From contig CM082590.2 in assembly GCA_040954595.2 (NCBI GenBank), positions 7,130,001 through 7,194,000 on the forward strand: DNA of 64,000 nt. The letters run 5' to 3'. Numbering within the stretch: position 1 is the stretch's first letter; each line of letters begins with the position of its first letter. The position numbers and the translations under genes are program-made. The notes below the pieces were generated by a model, which was not told the DNA's origin, did not search any database, and worked only from the letters and a program-made list of their open reading frames with translations. Source of the stretch: Balanoglossus misakiensis (lineage: Eukaryota; Animalia; Hemichordata). Below, in pieces: positions 38,192 through 54,539 of this stretch.

Positions 38192-41100
38192 CACTGAACG
38201 TTCGTCCACAAACAACTTCAATCCCACTTGTAGACACCAGAGTAAAAAAAACTCGCCAAAATGAATAATCAGTCTTTACCATTTATTTATTTTTGGCGAG
38301 TTTTTACTCTCCTATTAAACAAGCGGGATGGAAGTTGTGTGTGGTCGAACGTTCATTCACTACATATACACAATATTAACATAAATGGTGTCTTGTATCA
38401 AAAATAATTAATGGAGAGGGCAGCATGAGAGAGACTTTGTCCCTTAACCAGTATCACACTGCAGTGGTCACATATGTGACTGATATGCCGCAGAATAAAT
38501 GTTGAAATAATAAAAAAAAGCAATAACCTTAACCCCCCGTCGTATAACACTCTATTTTGGGTATATCAGGATCTTTTTACCTTTTCGGCGCGGAAGGATT
38601 TTTGTGTGTAATCTGCCTAATCTGAGCTGTCGTTCGCATTGATTTTTTTGCTGGGCATTTCATTGTCAAATGGAGACAAATGGCGTTTCATCCGCAGCTG
38701 TTGAATATGAAATTCTCCTTAAGAGCCATTATAAAATTAAGCTAAATATTCCAAGTGAAGCAGAATCGGAAATAATGATATATTATACCAAGTTAAACTG
38801 GGTGGCACCAAAGTACCTAAAAATAGCTTTCTCATGCTGCCTAAGTACATATAAGAATATCTGTCTGTCTCAATTCTCCCGACCTTAAATAGGTTTTTGG
38901 CTACCTAGGTGGGTGATAAAAATCTCACATGGTCGACACAATTTCAAGATGGCCGATTTTTGCCATGTTTAAGGAATAGGAGTTCATAAGCTAAAGTGAT
39001 GATGGGTCATTCTGAAACTTTTTAACAGAAAAAATAACAAAATGTGAAAAAAGTTTAATGAGTTTAATATGGTAACTACAAAGACAGACATGTTTGACCC
39101 AAGGAAGTCATGAAATACAGTAAACATATCATTTCTTCTATCTCTTACTACAGTGGGTTGTCGACTTTTCGACCAGAATGCAATGGGGTTTGACCCCCTA
39201 GCGCAAAGTGAAAACCTATTTAAGGCAGCCACAATTGTCATGCATTCGATGCACAGAACGTGTATTACTAACGATAGCAGACTGTACTTCATTTAATTTT
39301 TGCAAATATGTAATTCATGTAATATTTGATGAACACTTTGACTTATACCACACGTTTGTGCATAGACCACTTTGTGGATAGAATATCTGCAATGCATGAT
39401 GGTATAATTTGCGTTCAACATAGCGTCTAGTACATGGCTAACGCACGCGCTCAGAACGCAAACTGTGCCACAACACGTTTTCTTTGCGAAGTGGTCCTCG
39501 GAAGTAATAAATCTCCTACGGTGAGGGCGATATATTCTGGTGGGGAGGGGGGACATTCCCCCTGTCATTGTCATTATAGTATAAATTATAGTTGGAACAC
39601 TGAAATTGTGCTGACAGGCATCTTCCAACATTGGATATGGCCAACACTAAGCCTTGCCTATGTTGACTAGCTAACCCTTTTCTGTACACAGGGGTGATTT
39701 ATGGCGCATCTATCTAATTACCATGACAAAAGAGCCAGATGTTATTTGCTAATAAACAAATATGTTAACAGTTCGCGTCAACACTCGTATCGTATTGTCA
39801 ATACACAGCTTGAGAGACCACCATCCAGTATTTACCCGGCGAATTAACCGACGATCAGCCATCGCGTTTGATAAATGACTGAAAATGAATGCAATCCTCC
39901 TAAGAGAAATTTACTAAAGTTTACGTGGAATTAGTCGTATCGAGTTTCCGATTCACTTCCGAGTGGTGTACACGTGTACGTGCGAGTGTTTTTTATCAGT
40001 CAATCTCGCCAGTGACGTCAATGCATTTCCTACATCTGACAAATAGAAGTACTGTCTTTTCTGAAAGCAGACAATGCAGTATGTAGATTTAAAGATATAC
40101 AGTCACCTCTAATTTACATAATGCCCATATATGGCTGAAATGGCATATTTGAGCGTTCTAAAGAACATTGTGGCGCTCTTTTTTCGCGTGTACCACCCAC
40201 TGAAAATCTGTGATTGCCATGGTAACTAATAGCTAATTTTCCTTATGGTGACCATATCACTGTTTTCAAAGCTGACACTGAATTTCTGCAGTTTCATGGA
40301 CCCTTTATCCTGACGAATATTCACATGAATTTATGGAGTTCCCAGGTTAAACAAATACAAATCATAGGTTGTTTTTAGCATGGCTCCATTTTAATTCACC
40401 CAAGATCAGGTATTAGTCACTGGGCCACACGCATGTACATAACTATTTGACCTTTAAATCTCAAAGCTTTACTATAGACTTTCTTCGTTGGCACATACAA
40501 GCCTCTACCCCTTTCACCACCATGGTTCAGTCCAAACCAATTGTTTTTTATGGTAAGGTGGGACCAGTGTTAAGCACATACAAGCCTCTCACCCCTTTCA
40601 CCACCATGGTTCAGTCCAAACCAATTTATTTTTTTATGGTAAGGTTGGACCTGTGTGTCCTCTAATAAATATAATTTTAACAGCTTTGAGTCAATTTGAG
40701 GATTTCTAGAAATTTCTCCGAGTCAGCCCTATATACCTTTGCATGTCGTGTGGATAATTTTCTTGAGTCACCAGTGAGTTTGTTGAGTCGGTGAGCATCA
40801 TATACGGGCTTAGAGGGCACACTGGGTTGGACCTCTAAAGAGGGAACTGGGCATGAAAGGGTTAAGCATAATTTTAGCGATAATATTTCAATCTGGTAAA
40901 ATATATCCATAGAATAGGTAGCGATGCCCCATATGTAACACGTTGCTTATGGCATAACCTAAATCAGCTAAAAAAGAATGTTTTTTTAAGTCAATTTAAC
41001 GGACAGTGGTTCTCGTGTGAAAACAATCACATATGTGACAACTGCAGTGCTGTACTGGTTAAAGGGACAAAGTCTCTCTCTCGCTGCCTTTTCCATTAAT

Positions 41101-41466
41101 TATGTTTGATAGGACAAAGTGTCTCTCTCGCTGCCCTTTTTCAATTAATTATGTTTGATAGGACAAAGTGTCTCTCTCGCTGCCCTTTTTCCATTAATTG
41201 TGTTTTATAGGACAAAGTCTCTCTCACTGCCCCTTTTCAATTAATTATGTTTGATACAAGACAGTGTTTGTGTTATTCTACATGTGTATATATAGTGAAT
41301 CAACGTTCAACCACACACAACTTCCATCCTGCTAATGTATGATATGAGAGTAAAAACTCGCCAAAAATAAATAAATGGTAAAGACTGATTATTCATTTTG
41401 GTGAGTTTTTTTTTACTCTGGTGTCTACAAGCGGGATTGAAGTTGTTTGTGGACGAACGTTCAGTG
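38192..41466. repeat. 3.3-kb segment bounded by composite inverted repeats
   Basis: Arm 38192-38479 is the reverse complement of arm 41027-41466: a truncated family C MITE, TTAA, then CCAGTAYMRCACTGCAGT.GTCACATATGTGA. Confidence 0.75.
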
Positions 41467-42500
41467 TATGCGGTATTCAAGTTAGGCACTGTTGGTGGCA
41501 GCAGAACGATGGAGCTAGCGCCCGCCCACGACGGAATCTTCCAGCCAGTCTTGCTGCTACATTATTCATGATATTCTAATCACACGCTCGCCACACGCGC
41601 GCGTCCGCGTCCGTTTGAGTTCAATCAAAATAGCTACACTGGCTAGACAAAATGATGGCGCCAAATCTGCTTAGCTTCGTTTTTCACCAGCGCAGCGATT
41701 GTATATTTTTTTTCTGGACGATGATATGTACTCTGTATTTGAATACACGTCCAAAACTTGGATGTAAGAATTTTTACCACATCCCAATCCGATTAAATAT
41801 ATGGGACATTGGCATCACGTGTACTAAATAATTACAATGAACGAACGTTTGATTTGAGTCAACAGCTAGCAGTGGATAACGTTAACCATAGCTGATCATG
41901 CATCTAAGAGAAGAAACTTTAGTTAACAGACTTACCTACCGACTGTACACCTCGTCTTGAAATAGGACGACCCAAAACTGTTCAAACAGCAGCCCTCAGT
42001 CAGCAAGCCTAACCACTAAAATTGTCACGTTGCCTGACTTATTTACGTCCTGGTGACTGACCGCGAGTTGAGATCTACCCAGCAGGAATTTCAATCAATA
42101 CGATATCATAAGACTGTGGCTTGTGTCAGAATTACATTCAGTCCGAATAAAGGCCACATATCGCAAGGATGTAAGGCTGATCGGTTGGAGAAAACGCAGT
42201 TTCTTCTGTGTCCCTGCCATACCTCGTGCGTCTCAGCCACGCTTGCACGCGATGGATAGATTTCACAAGCCGGAAACTCTAAACACTAAATTGCAACTTG
42301 TTCGTATACTGTACTTATTGTTATGTAAATTACGCCTTCTCTCTCTCTCTCTCTCTCTCTCTCATGTTTTAGTGTCTCCATCGCTCAGCTGGCACTGATG
42401 TTGATGATGTGATGTATAGTATGTTGATTGATAATTGTTAATTCGCTTGATTTGGGCTGATTTTGTGGAACATTTATATGTAATTTGATATAGTATATCT

Positions 42501-42502
<2 letters not shown>

Positions 42503-42591
<89 letters not shown>

Positions 42592-42595
42592 CTCT
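42503..42595. repeat. (CT)n microsatellite
   Basis: Direct reading. Also (CA)n at 293-346 and (CT)n(CA)n at 46893-47001. Confidence 0.95.
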
Positions 42596-42961
42596 GCTTC
42601 CATATATATACAGAGTACTTGTCCAAAAGAAGTTTACGTTTTTTTGCACGATGAAATTCACTATGGACCACTATCGATTATATTATAAGTACTTTATTAA
42701 TACCCCATAATGAATACACACCAAGTGAATTCAATAAAACAGACGTGACCTTGTTACATATCCAGTCGTATGACCTCTCCGACGGTAGATTAGGCCTACA
42801 CTGCAAAAAATACAAATATTGTAATAAATTATCATAATTTGGTGAAGAAAGCGATAATGAATGAATGCAACTTTCATGACTAATAAAGTCTGTCAGATTA
42901 TGATTGGTAGTTCAACCAATAAGTCAATCATTTTTCGATGACGTCAAAATGACGATTACCT

Positions 42962-44779
<1,818 letters not shown>

Positions 44780-46890
44780 GTTGACTTCTCGATTGACCAA
44801 ACAGGGGGTACCTTGCATCATTTATGGGATTCTGGTGGACTTTGTCATTATGTGGGCCGCTGTGATTGGCTAGTGTGTACATGCGTTGGCTACCACCAGT
44901 TTGCATAGTAAATAGGAACGCGGCTCTAGCTTGCAATTATGGGTGACTATAGTGTTTAATCCAGGATGGCATCAACAGGGGGGATATGCCCCCTTTGCAA
45001 GAATAAGGGGGGGGGGTTTCACTCTGACAAGGGGGAATGTGATATCTCCAACATGTGAATGACATAGTTTTGAGGGGCACTGATCAGGTCCCCCTTGACA
45101 ATTGCTAGGGGGTGCCAACATGTTACCGGGGAGGGAGTGAATCCCCCCATCCCCGTCTAGATGAAACATTGACAGTGACATGGTTATTGCACAATCTCAG
45201 GAGTTTGAATGGTGTTACCAGTTTGTAGTTATGTCCGTATGTCTGTATAATACATACATGAATGTATAATTTTTATAAGGTGAAGAGAGACAGATAGATA
45301 GATAGAATTGTCTTTTAAGTAAACATTATGACATCTGATGTACACACAAACATGGTGCTTTCTACAGTGTACCACAGACATAGCTATTTTCACAAACCAT
45401 GGTATTTTGTCTGGGAGGGCTCTACCGGCAAAAGTCACAACAAAAAATCATTTCCGTTGTGTCAATCAGGAAAACCAATTAATTCATACAATTACACGGT
45501 TGTCCAATGCACTACGCGGAAACTGACAGCACATTTTAGACATATGGAAAACGAGGAAGCGGCTTTCGCAGACGACAGGTCTATTTTTATTATAACTCCT
45601 ACACTCCTGTCCAAATGCAGGACGTGTTAATATCTGTATATCAAACTTTTAGATGGACAGAGTAAAATGTAATGCCAGAAATCAACTTGTTTGCCTAACA
45701 ACCGATCACACTGAAAGCTTCATGTAATGTGACATGAATATTAGATGTGACCTATGACCCTTTCATCCAATACCATTTCTGGTCATTATGCTTCTTCCTA
45801 TACTACCATGACTGCTTACAGTTTATGCTTGTTTGGAATTTTTATTTCAACCGGCCTTTCAAATCGTTTGTTCCTTTTTACTCTAATGAATACCATACAC
45901 TGACCAGGGAATGAGGGCGTAAAACACAGAAAATGATGACGTGGAATACAGACAAGGATTGAATGAGAGCGATCCATTCCTACATTTCGTAGATTGATTT
46001 CCACAATGTACACATTACGGTATTTGGCTGCGTGCCATGTCTCAAAATCGCACTGAGTATGGGCATTAGAGTTAGGTTTCGGATTTGACTACTGATTTGG
46101 TCGTTGTTCGTCACCCTAGCCTCATTTCTACTGCTGCAGCAGATTCTAGATTTCCTTTGCACTGAACACATCTACTGGGCGTTACCATGTTGGTTTGGTA
46201 TTTCATTTCAAATGTTCAGATGTTCAATCCTTGCATCTTGGTCTTGTGGTGGTGAGGGGTACGGGACTCACAATCATTGTGGATTCGATACTGGGACATG
46301 AACGTGGATTTTCTGTCAGAGGATGGTGACTTCATGGCCGTGATGTTGTGCCACTGGACATGATACATGACCCTTTTAATACTTCACGTTGCTTCATCTG
46401 TGCATGTGCATGTGTGTGTGTTTGTTGGTTGGTTAAAAAGGGTTTCCTCACCTACAGTGCGTCTATTCAAACACTCAGCGTTTTCATTCAGCAAGAATAT
46501 GAAAATGTGTTTATAGGAGTGGTTATGGCAAACAGAATCCTTTAATGCAACTTTGAACAATAACGCCTGAATTTCACAGGCTTGATAGTTTGAGTGCATG
46601 TGTCTGTGTCCATGTGATCTCAAAAGCATGACCCCTGCTTGACCTTACAACCTCGTACTTCCGTTAGTAAGAATCCATCACGTTTTCTTAATCTTCGAAT
46701 AAAACTGTAATTGCAGCTGTAGTCGATAAATAATGAACAGTCGAACCTGTCTGTAGTAGCCAGTCAAGGGACTTTCCTAAACTGGCCTTCGTAGACAGGT
46801 GGCCTTTATAGACAGGTCAATTAATGTACATGTAAGTTGCACAGGGACTATAACAAAGTTGTCTCAGAGTATTTCCCAAGAAATTCTTGT

Positions 46891-47003
<113 letters not shown>

Positions 47004-47195
47004 ACATCACATGCAGAAAGACTAACAGTGTTCGTTTATAAGGTATTTTATTCGCATCGCCATCAAAAGAGAACACCATGACAAATACACGCCAAGAAAA
47101 GTCGAAAATAATTCAACTCAACAACAACCAACAGGAAATCCAACGCGTGCATGCTGTTGTAGCGTTTCTAGCAGTGTTTCGACTTCAACCATACG

Positions 47196-49132
47196 TTATA
47201 CTGGAAGAAAAGTTGAAAAGTAATGTTAGTCAAGAAACAAAACAAACTCGTTATATTTGATGTATGTCTATATCTATCTGTCTGCTGTATGACATACATA
47301 CATACATACATACATACATACATACATACATACATACATACATACATACATACATACATACATACATACATACATACATACATACATACATACATACATA
47401 CATACATACATACATACATACATACATACATACATACATACATACATACATACATACATACATACATACATACATACATACATACATACATACATACATA
47501 CATACATACATACATACATCACACACATACAAGCAAGATGTAATTCTCAATTTTTTCACATGATGTACTGACGATTTTACTGTCACAAAGCTTCAAATCA
47601 TTTTACTGTTGATGCCTTTTTGTTCTGCAGTTTTCTTTTTATAGTTCACCAGTCAGTGAAAAACGTGCATAATCAACGGTAAATTGTGGTTTATGTACTT
47701 ACTTCTCGATACCACTCCAGAAATAGCCAAACACGACTTCACCAATAATTCATAGCTCCTCCTCAGATAACATTGCTGTGAAACCACATTGTACGTCCAT
47801 GCTGTACACTCTCGGTTGCCTTGGCAGGCGTTGCAGCAATCATCGGCGTTGTACGTCGTTCTGACGTCTAAATTAGGTCCATAGAGTTCAGTCCCCGTGT
47901 AGGCCGAGCATTTCGTTTGAGAACCGACTGTCGAAAGATGAAATGGATGTCTATGTATATAGCTTCATTACAGCTGTTGTCTTTTCGCTAGTCATGTACT
48001 CAGAAGTCAATTATCATTGTTTTGTTTTCTGTTACACTTGTTGCTGGACTCATATTTTTTGACTCTGAATACTTGTAATTCTCTTTATTTTTTTCATTCC
48101 AATCTCCCATCTGATGAAGAAGACTACATGTCTTCGAAAGCCTTAAAATTATGCTTTAACACTAGTTAGTTAGTCTTAGATTGCTGTCAAAGTAATACTT
48201 GATCTCAGTACGCATATTTTATATGCGGTACTTCCACCTTCATACAATATTGAAAATCCTCTTCCCATGCAAATACGGAAGCGTATCGTATGATAGAACG
48301 CATGATTACGGCAGTATAGGTAACGTACACATCTTTTGCATGGGTTACTCCAATACCACATGATACAGTATTGAGATTCCACATACCATACAAATACGGA
48401 AGCGTATTATATAATAGAACGCCATTATACGGCAGTGTACAGTGAAGTATTATTATCTTACATTTGGCGACTACTCCGGAAATGACCCAGTCAACATCAC
48501 CACGTGCGGTAGGATCAATAGTCGATCTCAAAATGCACCGTGTGGACGTGGTGCTCCAGTTCCACATAATACAACCACTCGTTGTTTGGCAGCGGGCGCA
48601 GCAGTCGGTGGCTTTCTCCAAGAATGTCGTCTCCATCGTTCGGCCTCGTAGCGCCACTCCCACGAGAACAGAACACTCCAACTCCGCTGCAGCTGTGGGA
48701 AGAAATACCAGACCTTTGTTTAAAGGGACAAAGTCTCTCTCTCGCTGCCCCTTTTCCATTGATTCTGTTTGATAAAATACTCTGTTTATGTTATGCACAC
48801 GTGTATATGTAATGAGTGAATGTTCAACCACACCCAACTTCCATCTCGCTTGTAGAAACGAGAGTGAAAAATCTCGCCAAAATGAATAATTGTTCTCTTA
48901 CCATTTTTACTCTCATATCATACAAGTGGGATGGAAGTTGTGTGTGGTCGAACGTTCATTCACTATATATCCACATGTAGAATAACATAAACGGTGTCTT
49001 GTGTCAAACATAATTAATTAACTTTGTCCCTATAACATTGACTGAGAAATAACATGTAGAAAGACTCAATACTGACTTACCCGAGTCTGGGATGCCTGAC
49101 ACCGCGAACAAGACAAGAAGTACAAACCACAT
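47196..49132 (-). CDS. Small secreted protein with two PAN/Apple domains (paralog A, ~170 aa)
   Basis: Exons 49081-49132 (MWFVLLVLFAVSGIPDS), 48462-48692 (DCCARCQTTSGCIMWNW...RCILR), 47703-47927 (DCCNACQGNRECTAWTY...QCYLR) and a terminal exon starting at 47200 that gives ATA TAA. AATAAA on the minus strand near 47047-47052. Confidence 0.88.
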
Positions 49133-49763
49133 CGTGTCGTTTCCCTTTATTAATGAATAATGGGCATTTGCAGCATTCTCGAAACCGGATTTTATACACA
49201 TAACTATCATCGTTCGGTGGGCTCTGATTGGCTGAAAATTGTGTCGGTTACTACACATTTTTTCTACGCAATTTAGATTTTGACATGAATGACGCATGCG
49301 TGCTTCATGTGTGTGTGTGATATGATAGACAGACCTCAACAGACATGTGATAATTTAAAAATTCTTCCGAACATACCGGTGTATTATGTTAATATTAATG
49401 GGAATTTCAGGGTGATTGCTTTGCGGAAATACGACTTGTCAAATTTGGCAGATAGGAAATTGATATGAAACGGATATCTTGACAATACAGAATTACTAAA
49501 TTTAGAGTTTACGTGGTGAATTGGTGAGCGTCTGTAATGAGTGTGTGTGTGTGTGGGGGGGGGGGCAGCTACACAGAGTCAATCCGAATCATTGTTGTAT
49601 ATGTTGGATATGAATGAGTACAACATATTCTCGCTCCTGTGCCTCCCCATGTCTGCCTGTCCCTGTTTGTCTGTCTGTCTGTCTGCCTGTCTAACGGTCT
49701 CTGCCTCTGTCTGCCTTTGCTGTCTGTCTGTTTGTCTACAGGCAGGACCAAAGGTAACTAAAG

Positions 49764-50588
49764 TTAAAGGCACGTAAGCTGCAACTGGATAAAAAATTAA
49801 AGTTTTAAATAATCTCATATATGCTTTTAATTATGTCTATTTAAGCAATAAAACACCCCCAGCCATGGTATACCACGAGATTTTGACCAGTTCACGACAT
49901 ATACGCACGAGCGATAGCGAGTGCGTATATGGAGTTGAACTGGTCAAAATCGAGTGGTATACCATGGCTGGGGTGTTTTATTGCTATTATATTATGCCAG
50001 TATATTGAAACTTTGCATAAAACATTTTAAAAAGGCATTTTCTTTGACTATGATATATGACTGTGGTATATGGCTAATATATCACGGTCACGTGTCGTGT
50101 CTCGACCAATCAAATAGCGCGATTTACACCATCAATATACTGGTATAATATAATAAATGATATTTCATGATAATATATCAAGCTCAACACTTATTTATGA
50201 CAAAATTGCCAAAAATTAAAGAAAAACGAAAATTCCTGCAATTTTAAAAAAAGTGCAATATTGCAATGAAAAATGAAAATCTGATGTCTCAGTGGTGAAC
50301 ATTTACTTCCATGAGCTCAAGTGGATGAGATCATGTTTTGTTTATGAAGTTTCACAACCGGAAATGCAACATTTTCATTGTTTCTTGCATTTTCCCACGG
50401 TGGCGGCCATAATCGCTTGCGGCAAAGCTTTATTATTTATCTGGTTAAAACTTGCATATGCACTCATATTTAGGGTTTATAATGCTTGTGTATTGTTCAC
50501 TGCCTTCATCTGCATGGACTAATGGTAGTTCAGTTTGAAACAAAAATTATGAAAATTATCCCAAAAGTTACAGCTTACGTGCCTTTAA
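49764..50588 (+). mobile_element. TTAA MITE family E (TIR AGGCACGTAAGCTG) carrying a nested hairpin element
   Basis: TTAA|AGGCACGTAAGCTG...CAGCTTACGTGCCT|TTAA. An uninterrupted inverted copy lies at 51015-51537. Confidence 0.85.
49841..50153 (+). mobile_element. ~310-bp element with a long internal hairpin, no TIR pair at the ends; second copy at 57291-57616
   Basis: AGCAATAAAACACCCC...GCACGAGCGATAGCGAGTGC...GGGGTGTTTTATTGCT stem-loop of ~140 nt plus a tail ending TGGTATAATATAAT. The two copies are near-identical at unrelated sites. Confidence 0.8.
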
Positions 50589-50786
50589 GTCATTATGATT
50601 TAATGCAGTGACTCTCGAGACAACGTTATAGAGTTTATATAGTCCATCACTTCTCCAGCTACCCTCACCCACTTTATATATATTTATGAGGGACTGCAAT
50701 GGATGCTTTACATGTCATAAATGACAAGTAATAATCTCTCTCATTAACAATTTATTAAGTGATATTCCATTTTATATGCATTGTTT

Positions 50787-53700
50787 TTAAATGGGCATGA
50801 AATCAAACTGCGGAACTTCGATGATCTTCATGGGATCGGTATGCATCACAACACACACTACACCATTCATTTCCTCTTGGTTCGAAATCAATTTCATGAC
50901 AGTGTCTGTGATATAGGTCATCCTAGAACATAAAAGAAAGACACCACGAAATGTTATAGAAAACACAGTACAGAACAGAAAGTGCTGAACCCACGGTCCA
51001 CTTTCTAATGCCAATTAAAGGCACGTAAGCTGTAACTTTTGGGATAATTTTCATAATTTTTGTTTCATACTGCACTACCATTAGTCCATGCAGATGAAGG
51101 CAGTGAACTATACACAAGCATTATAAACCCTAAATATGAGTGCGTATGCAAGTTTTAACCAGATAAATAATAAAGCTTTGTCGCAAGCGATTATGGCCGC
51201 CACCATGGGAAAATCCAAGAAACAACGAAAATGTTGCATTTCCGGTTATGAAAGTTCATAAACAAAACATGATCTCATACATTTGAGCTCATGGAAGTAA
51301 ATGTACACCACTGAGACATCAGATTTTCATTTTTCATTGCAATATTGCACTTTTTTTAAAATTGCAGGAATTTTCGTTTTTCTGTATATAGTAATAATTT
51401 TTGGCCATTTTGTCATAAATAAGTGTTGAGCTTGATATATTATCATGAAATAGAATTTAATAGACATAATTAAAAGCATATATGAGATTATTTAAAACTT
51501 TAATTTTTTTATCCAGTTACAGCTTACGTGCCTTTAAAGTAGCCTGTTAGGTTTTAATTACAATATTCTAGGTCGAAGTAATACTTCAACCCAGTGGAAA
51601 GTTCTTTCTATGAATGTTGTTTCTAAGTCACTATTTTTGCTTTCACCCGTTATTGTTGTTGTTGTTGTTGTTGATTTGCCCCCATTATAGTCACCAACAT
51701 TACATAATGTTTAAACCTCCACTTCTAGTGAAAATAACTGAACACTGAGGTACTTACGGTGTAAAAAGCACAGCATTATTCATAGCATTGAAGTCGTCCA
51801 TATAACGACAGTAAACTTGATTTAGTATAGGTGTATCGATTTTGGCGGGACATATAGCAGCTATGTTGATTTTATTTTCCCGAAATCTTTGTTCACCCTA
51901 AGGTCATAAACATGAAAACACACATTAATTATAAAAAGAATGTCTGTCTGTCTGTCTGTGTATGTATGTATGTATGTATGTATGTATGTATGTATGTATG
52001 TATGTATGTATGTATGTATGTATGTATGTATGTATGTATGTATGTATGTATGTATGTATGTATGTATGTATGTATGTATGTATGTATGTATGTATGTATG
52101 TATGTATGTATGTATGTATGTATGTATGTATGTATGTATGTATGTATGTATGTATGTATGTATGTATGTATGTATGTATGTATGTATGTATGTGGTATGA
52201 ATGATGTATGTATGTATGTACTCGACCACACTATACTAGCTGATCAGATACCTCTTGCATAGTATATACAAACATGTCAAATAGGATAAAGTGAAAACTT
52301 ACGGCAACACTTCGTGTGAGTGCAATGATTCCAGCCTTCGTTACAGCATATATTGGAAGGATGGGAATTGGTATTAATCCTAAAGAAAGGAAAATGCATG
52401 AAAAAGAAGGTAATGTACCAACCACCAAGTGTTTCCCTTAAAACTCACAAAAACTTCTCAACATGCAGACTATCACACTCAGGGCACTTAAACCAATAAA
52501 AAATACACTCTGGAGGATTGTTTCCGTGATGCTTTGTTTGGAAAATATCATGCAACGCCTATAGGCCTAATCTATATACATACAGGATAACTTGCAATGA
52601 CCGAATACCACTTAAGCCTATGAACTCCCATTTCTTAAACATGGCAAAAATAGGCCATCTTGAAATTGTGTCTACCATGTCAGATTTTTATCACTAACCT
52701 AGGTAGCTAAACCCTATTTAAGGTAGGGAGAATTGGTTGTTACAGCTTAATAGAATAACTACAAATGAGCTACTCACCCGCCCACGAGGCTGTATTGACT
52801 ATCATACCGCCATTTCCACCATTCTTGGTTCCCATGAAATCAATCGCCAGCTGTGTGCCAGACACAACCGCGCCCTGTTACCATGGCAATACAGAAAATA
52901 AATGCATATAAGTGATAGATAGATCAGTACAAGACACCACTGATCGCTATATGCTCCCATTGGCTTCTACTATAGTCTGTGATGTTTGGTTGCGTTTGCT
53001 GTGGGTGTTTTTTTTTTAAACCCAACCCACCCATCCATGTATTCATGATCCTATGTGTCGTGTCTTTTTATCTGTGTGTGGAATTGGGGCGTTCTCCATT
53101 ACCATATTTGGCAACGCCATTATTGCTGTAATTTAACTATGAATATTCATGAGCTAAACCTACAATTATATCAGTTACACCTACCAGATTCACGGCCATT
53201 GTCTTCTGCCAGTTAAATTCATCCACTATACCGGCATTATTGAACAGAAGATCTATATTTCCATATTTGGTCTTCGTCTGCTGAAAAGCATCTGCAAGCA
53301 AGATTATTCATAATCAATTATTACACTCATACACACGTGCCATAATTACATCAGACGGTATTCACACGGATTGCTCTACATAATATTAGTTTAAACTTAA
53401 GACCACGCGTGTTTGTAAGCAATGGAAAAGTTGTCACTCACAACTGTACAAGCTGGAAAGTTGACCGAGAAATTTTCATGTTCGGTGGTTCCGCCAAAAG
53501 CTTACGTGGTACACTTTTATTGGACAATAGGAGTACAGTGTGTTACTTCAGGCACCTGACGAACGCTTCATCACAAATTACATGTACTGACTGACCTTTC
53601 AGTTCAACATCCGAAGTCACATCGCATTGGATGTAGAGTACCTTTTCTTCGCCATACTTTCCAACAAACTTCTTGTAACTGTCGCTTTTGGATTTGTCAG

Positions 53701-54539
53701 CAATGTCTACGAGTGCAACCCCCTTCGAATTAAACAAACCAGAAGTCAAATGTCAAAACGAATAAATAACTGATATCATCGTCTGATCAATACTGTAATA
53801 AAGGTGAATTATTATTCTTTTCTGTATAATAATAATTCAAATTTTCCTTAGTCATACGTAGTAATTTAAATGAGATGAAGCGAAGGTATTGAAAAAAAAT
53901 ATTTTCCAGCACAACACAATTCCAAAGTAAGTAATTGGTAGTGACGTCACTGTTGCGTATTCACGGACCATATTGCCGGCAGTAGTCTGAGTAGAGGCAA
54001 ACCCTATGCATTTGAACAGCGCAGCCAGCGGTGGGACTGGGCCAGGGAACCAGACAGGAGTGTAATGTAGGTCAAGTACGCAGCGACCCAGAGTTCCATT
54101 TATAGAAAAAGATTTTCGTGCACCGAATCACAAATCCATAGAGGGGTTGTAAACTTCTTCTATTGAAATCCGGTGCCGTGTGTTTGTTAGAACGGATAAT
54201 CGTGTCGTCCAATCTGTATGTATGTCATTAACATCCATGTATTAATAACGCGTTCATATACAGACTGCCCCTGCCCTTATGCCATTTTTGTTGTGAACAA
54301 AAATCACTGTTTGTGCACTGTCATTTTCCTAGTTCAAGACAGGACATGAGGTGACGTGACCAACCTACTTACAGTGTTCACGTTTTCAACTATTGCCTCC
54401 TGAAACCGCCCCTGATTATTGAATATACATTTAGAATGTTTTAAAGGTTTACCTTTGCCCCCTCCTCCAACAGCTTTTCGGCGATAGCACTTCCAATACC
54501 GCTGGCACCACCTGTTACAATAGCTGTCTTTGACTCCAT
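50787..54539 (-). CDS. HPGD: 15-hydroxyprostaglandin dehydrogenase-like short-chain dehydrogenase/reductase, copy A (256 aa)
   Basis: Exons 54453-54539, 53596-53722, 53185-53291, 52778-52874, 52303-52379, 51758-51897, 50787-50922. Motifs TGGASGIG, QCDVT, NNAGI, GGNGG-IVNTAS, YAVTK, ICP. The 7-exon layout with 107/97/77-nt internal exons matches my recollection of vertebrate HPGD. Confidence 0.9.
51015..51537 (-). mobile_element. MITE family E, inverted copy in HPGD-A intron 6
   Basis: Reverse complement of 49764-50588 minus the nested insert. Absent from the paralogous intron of copy B. Confidence 0.85.

Noticed and set aside
41510-41960. CpG-rich patch with GC-box and YY1-like motifs and a minus-strand donor-like site
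   Set aside because: Could be a promoter or non-coding exon, but no linked coding exons could be identified.
42362-42671. Poly-ER ORFs
   Set aside because: Translation of the (CT)n/(AG)n microsatellite.
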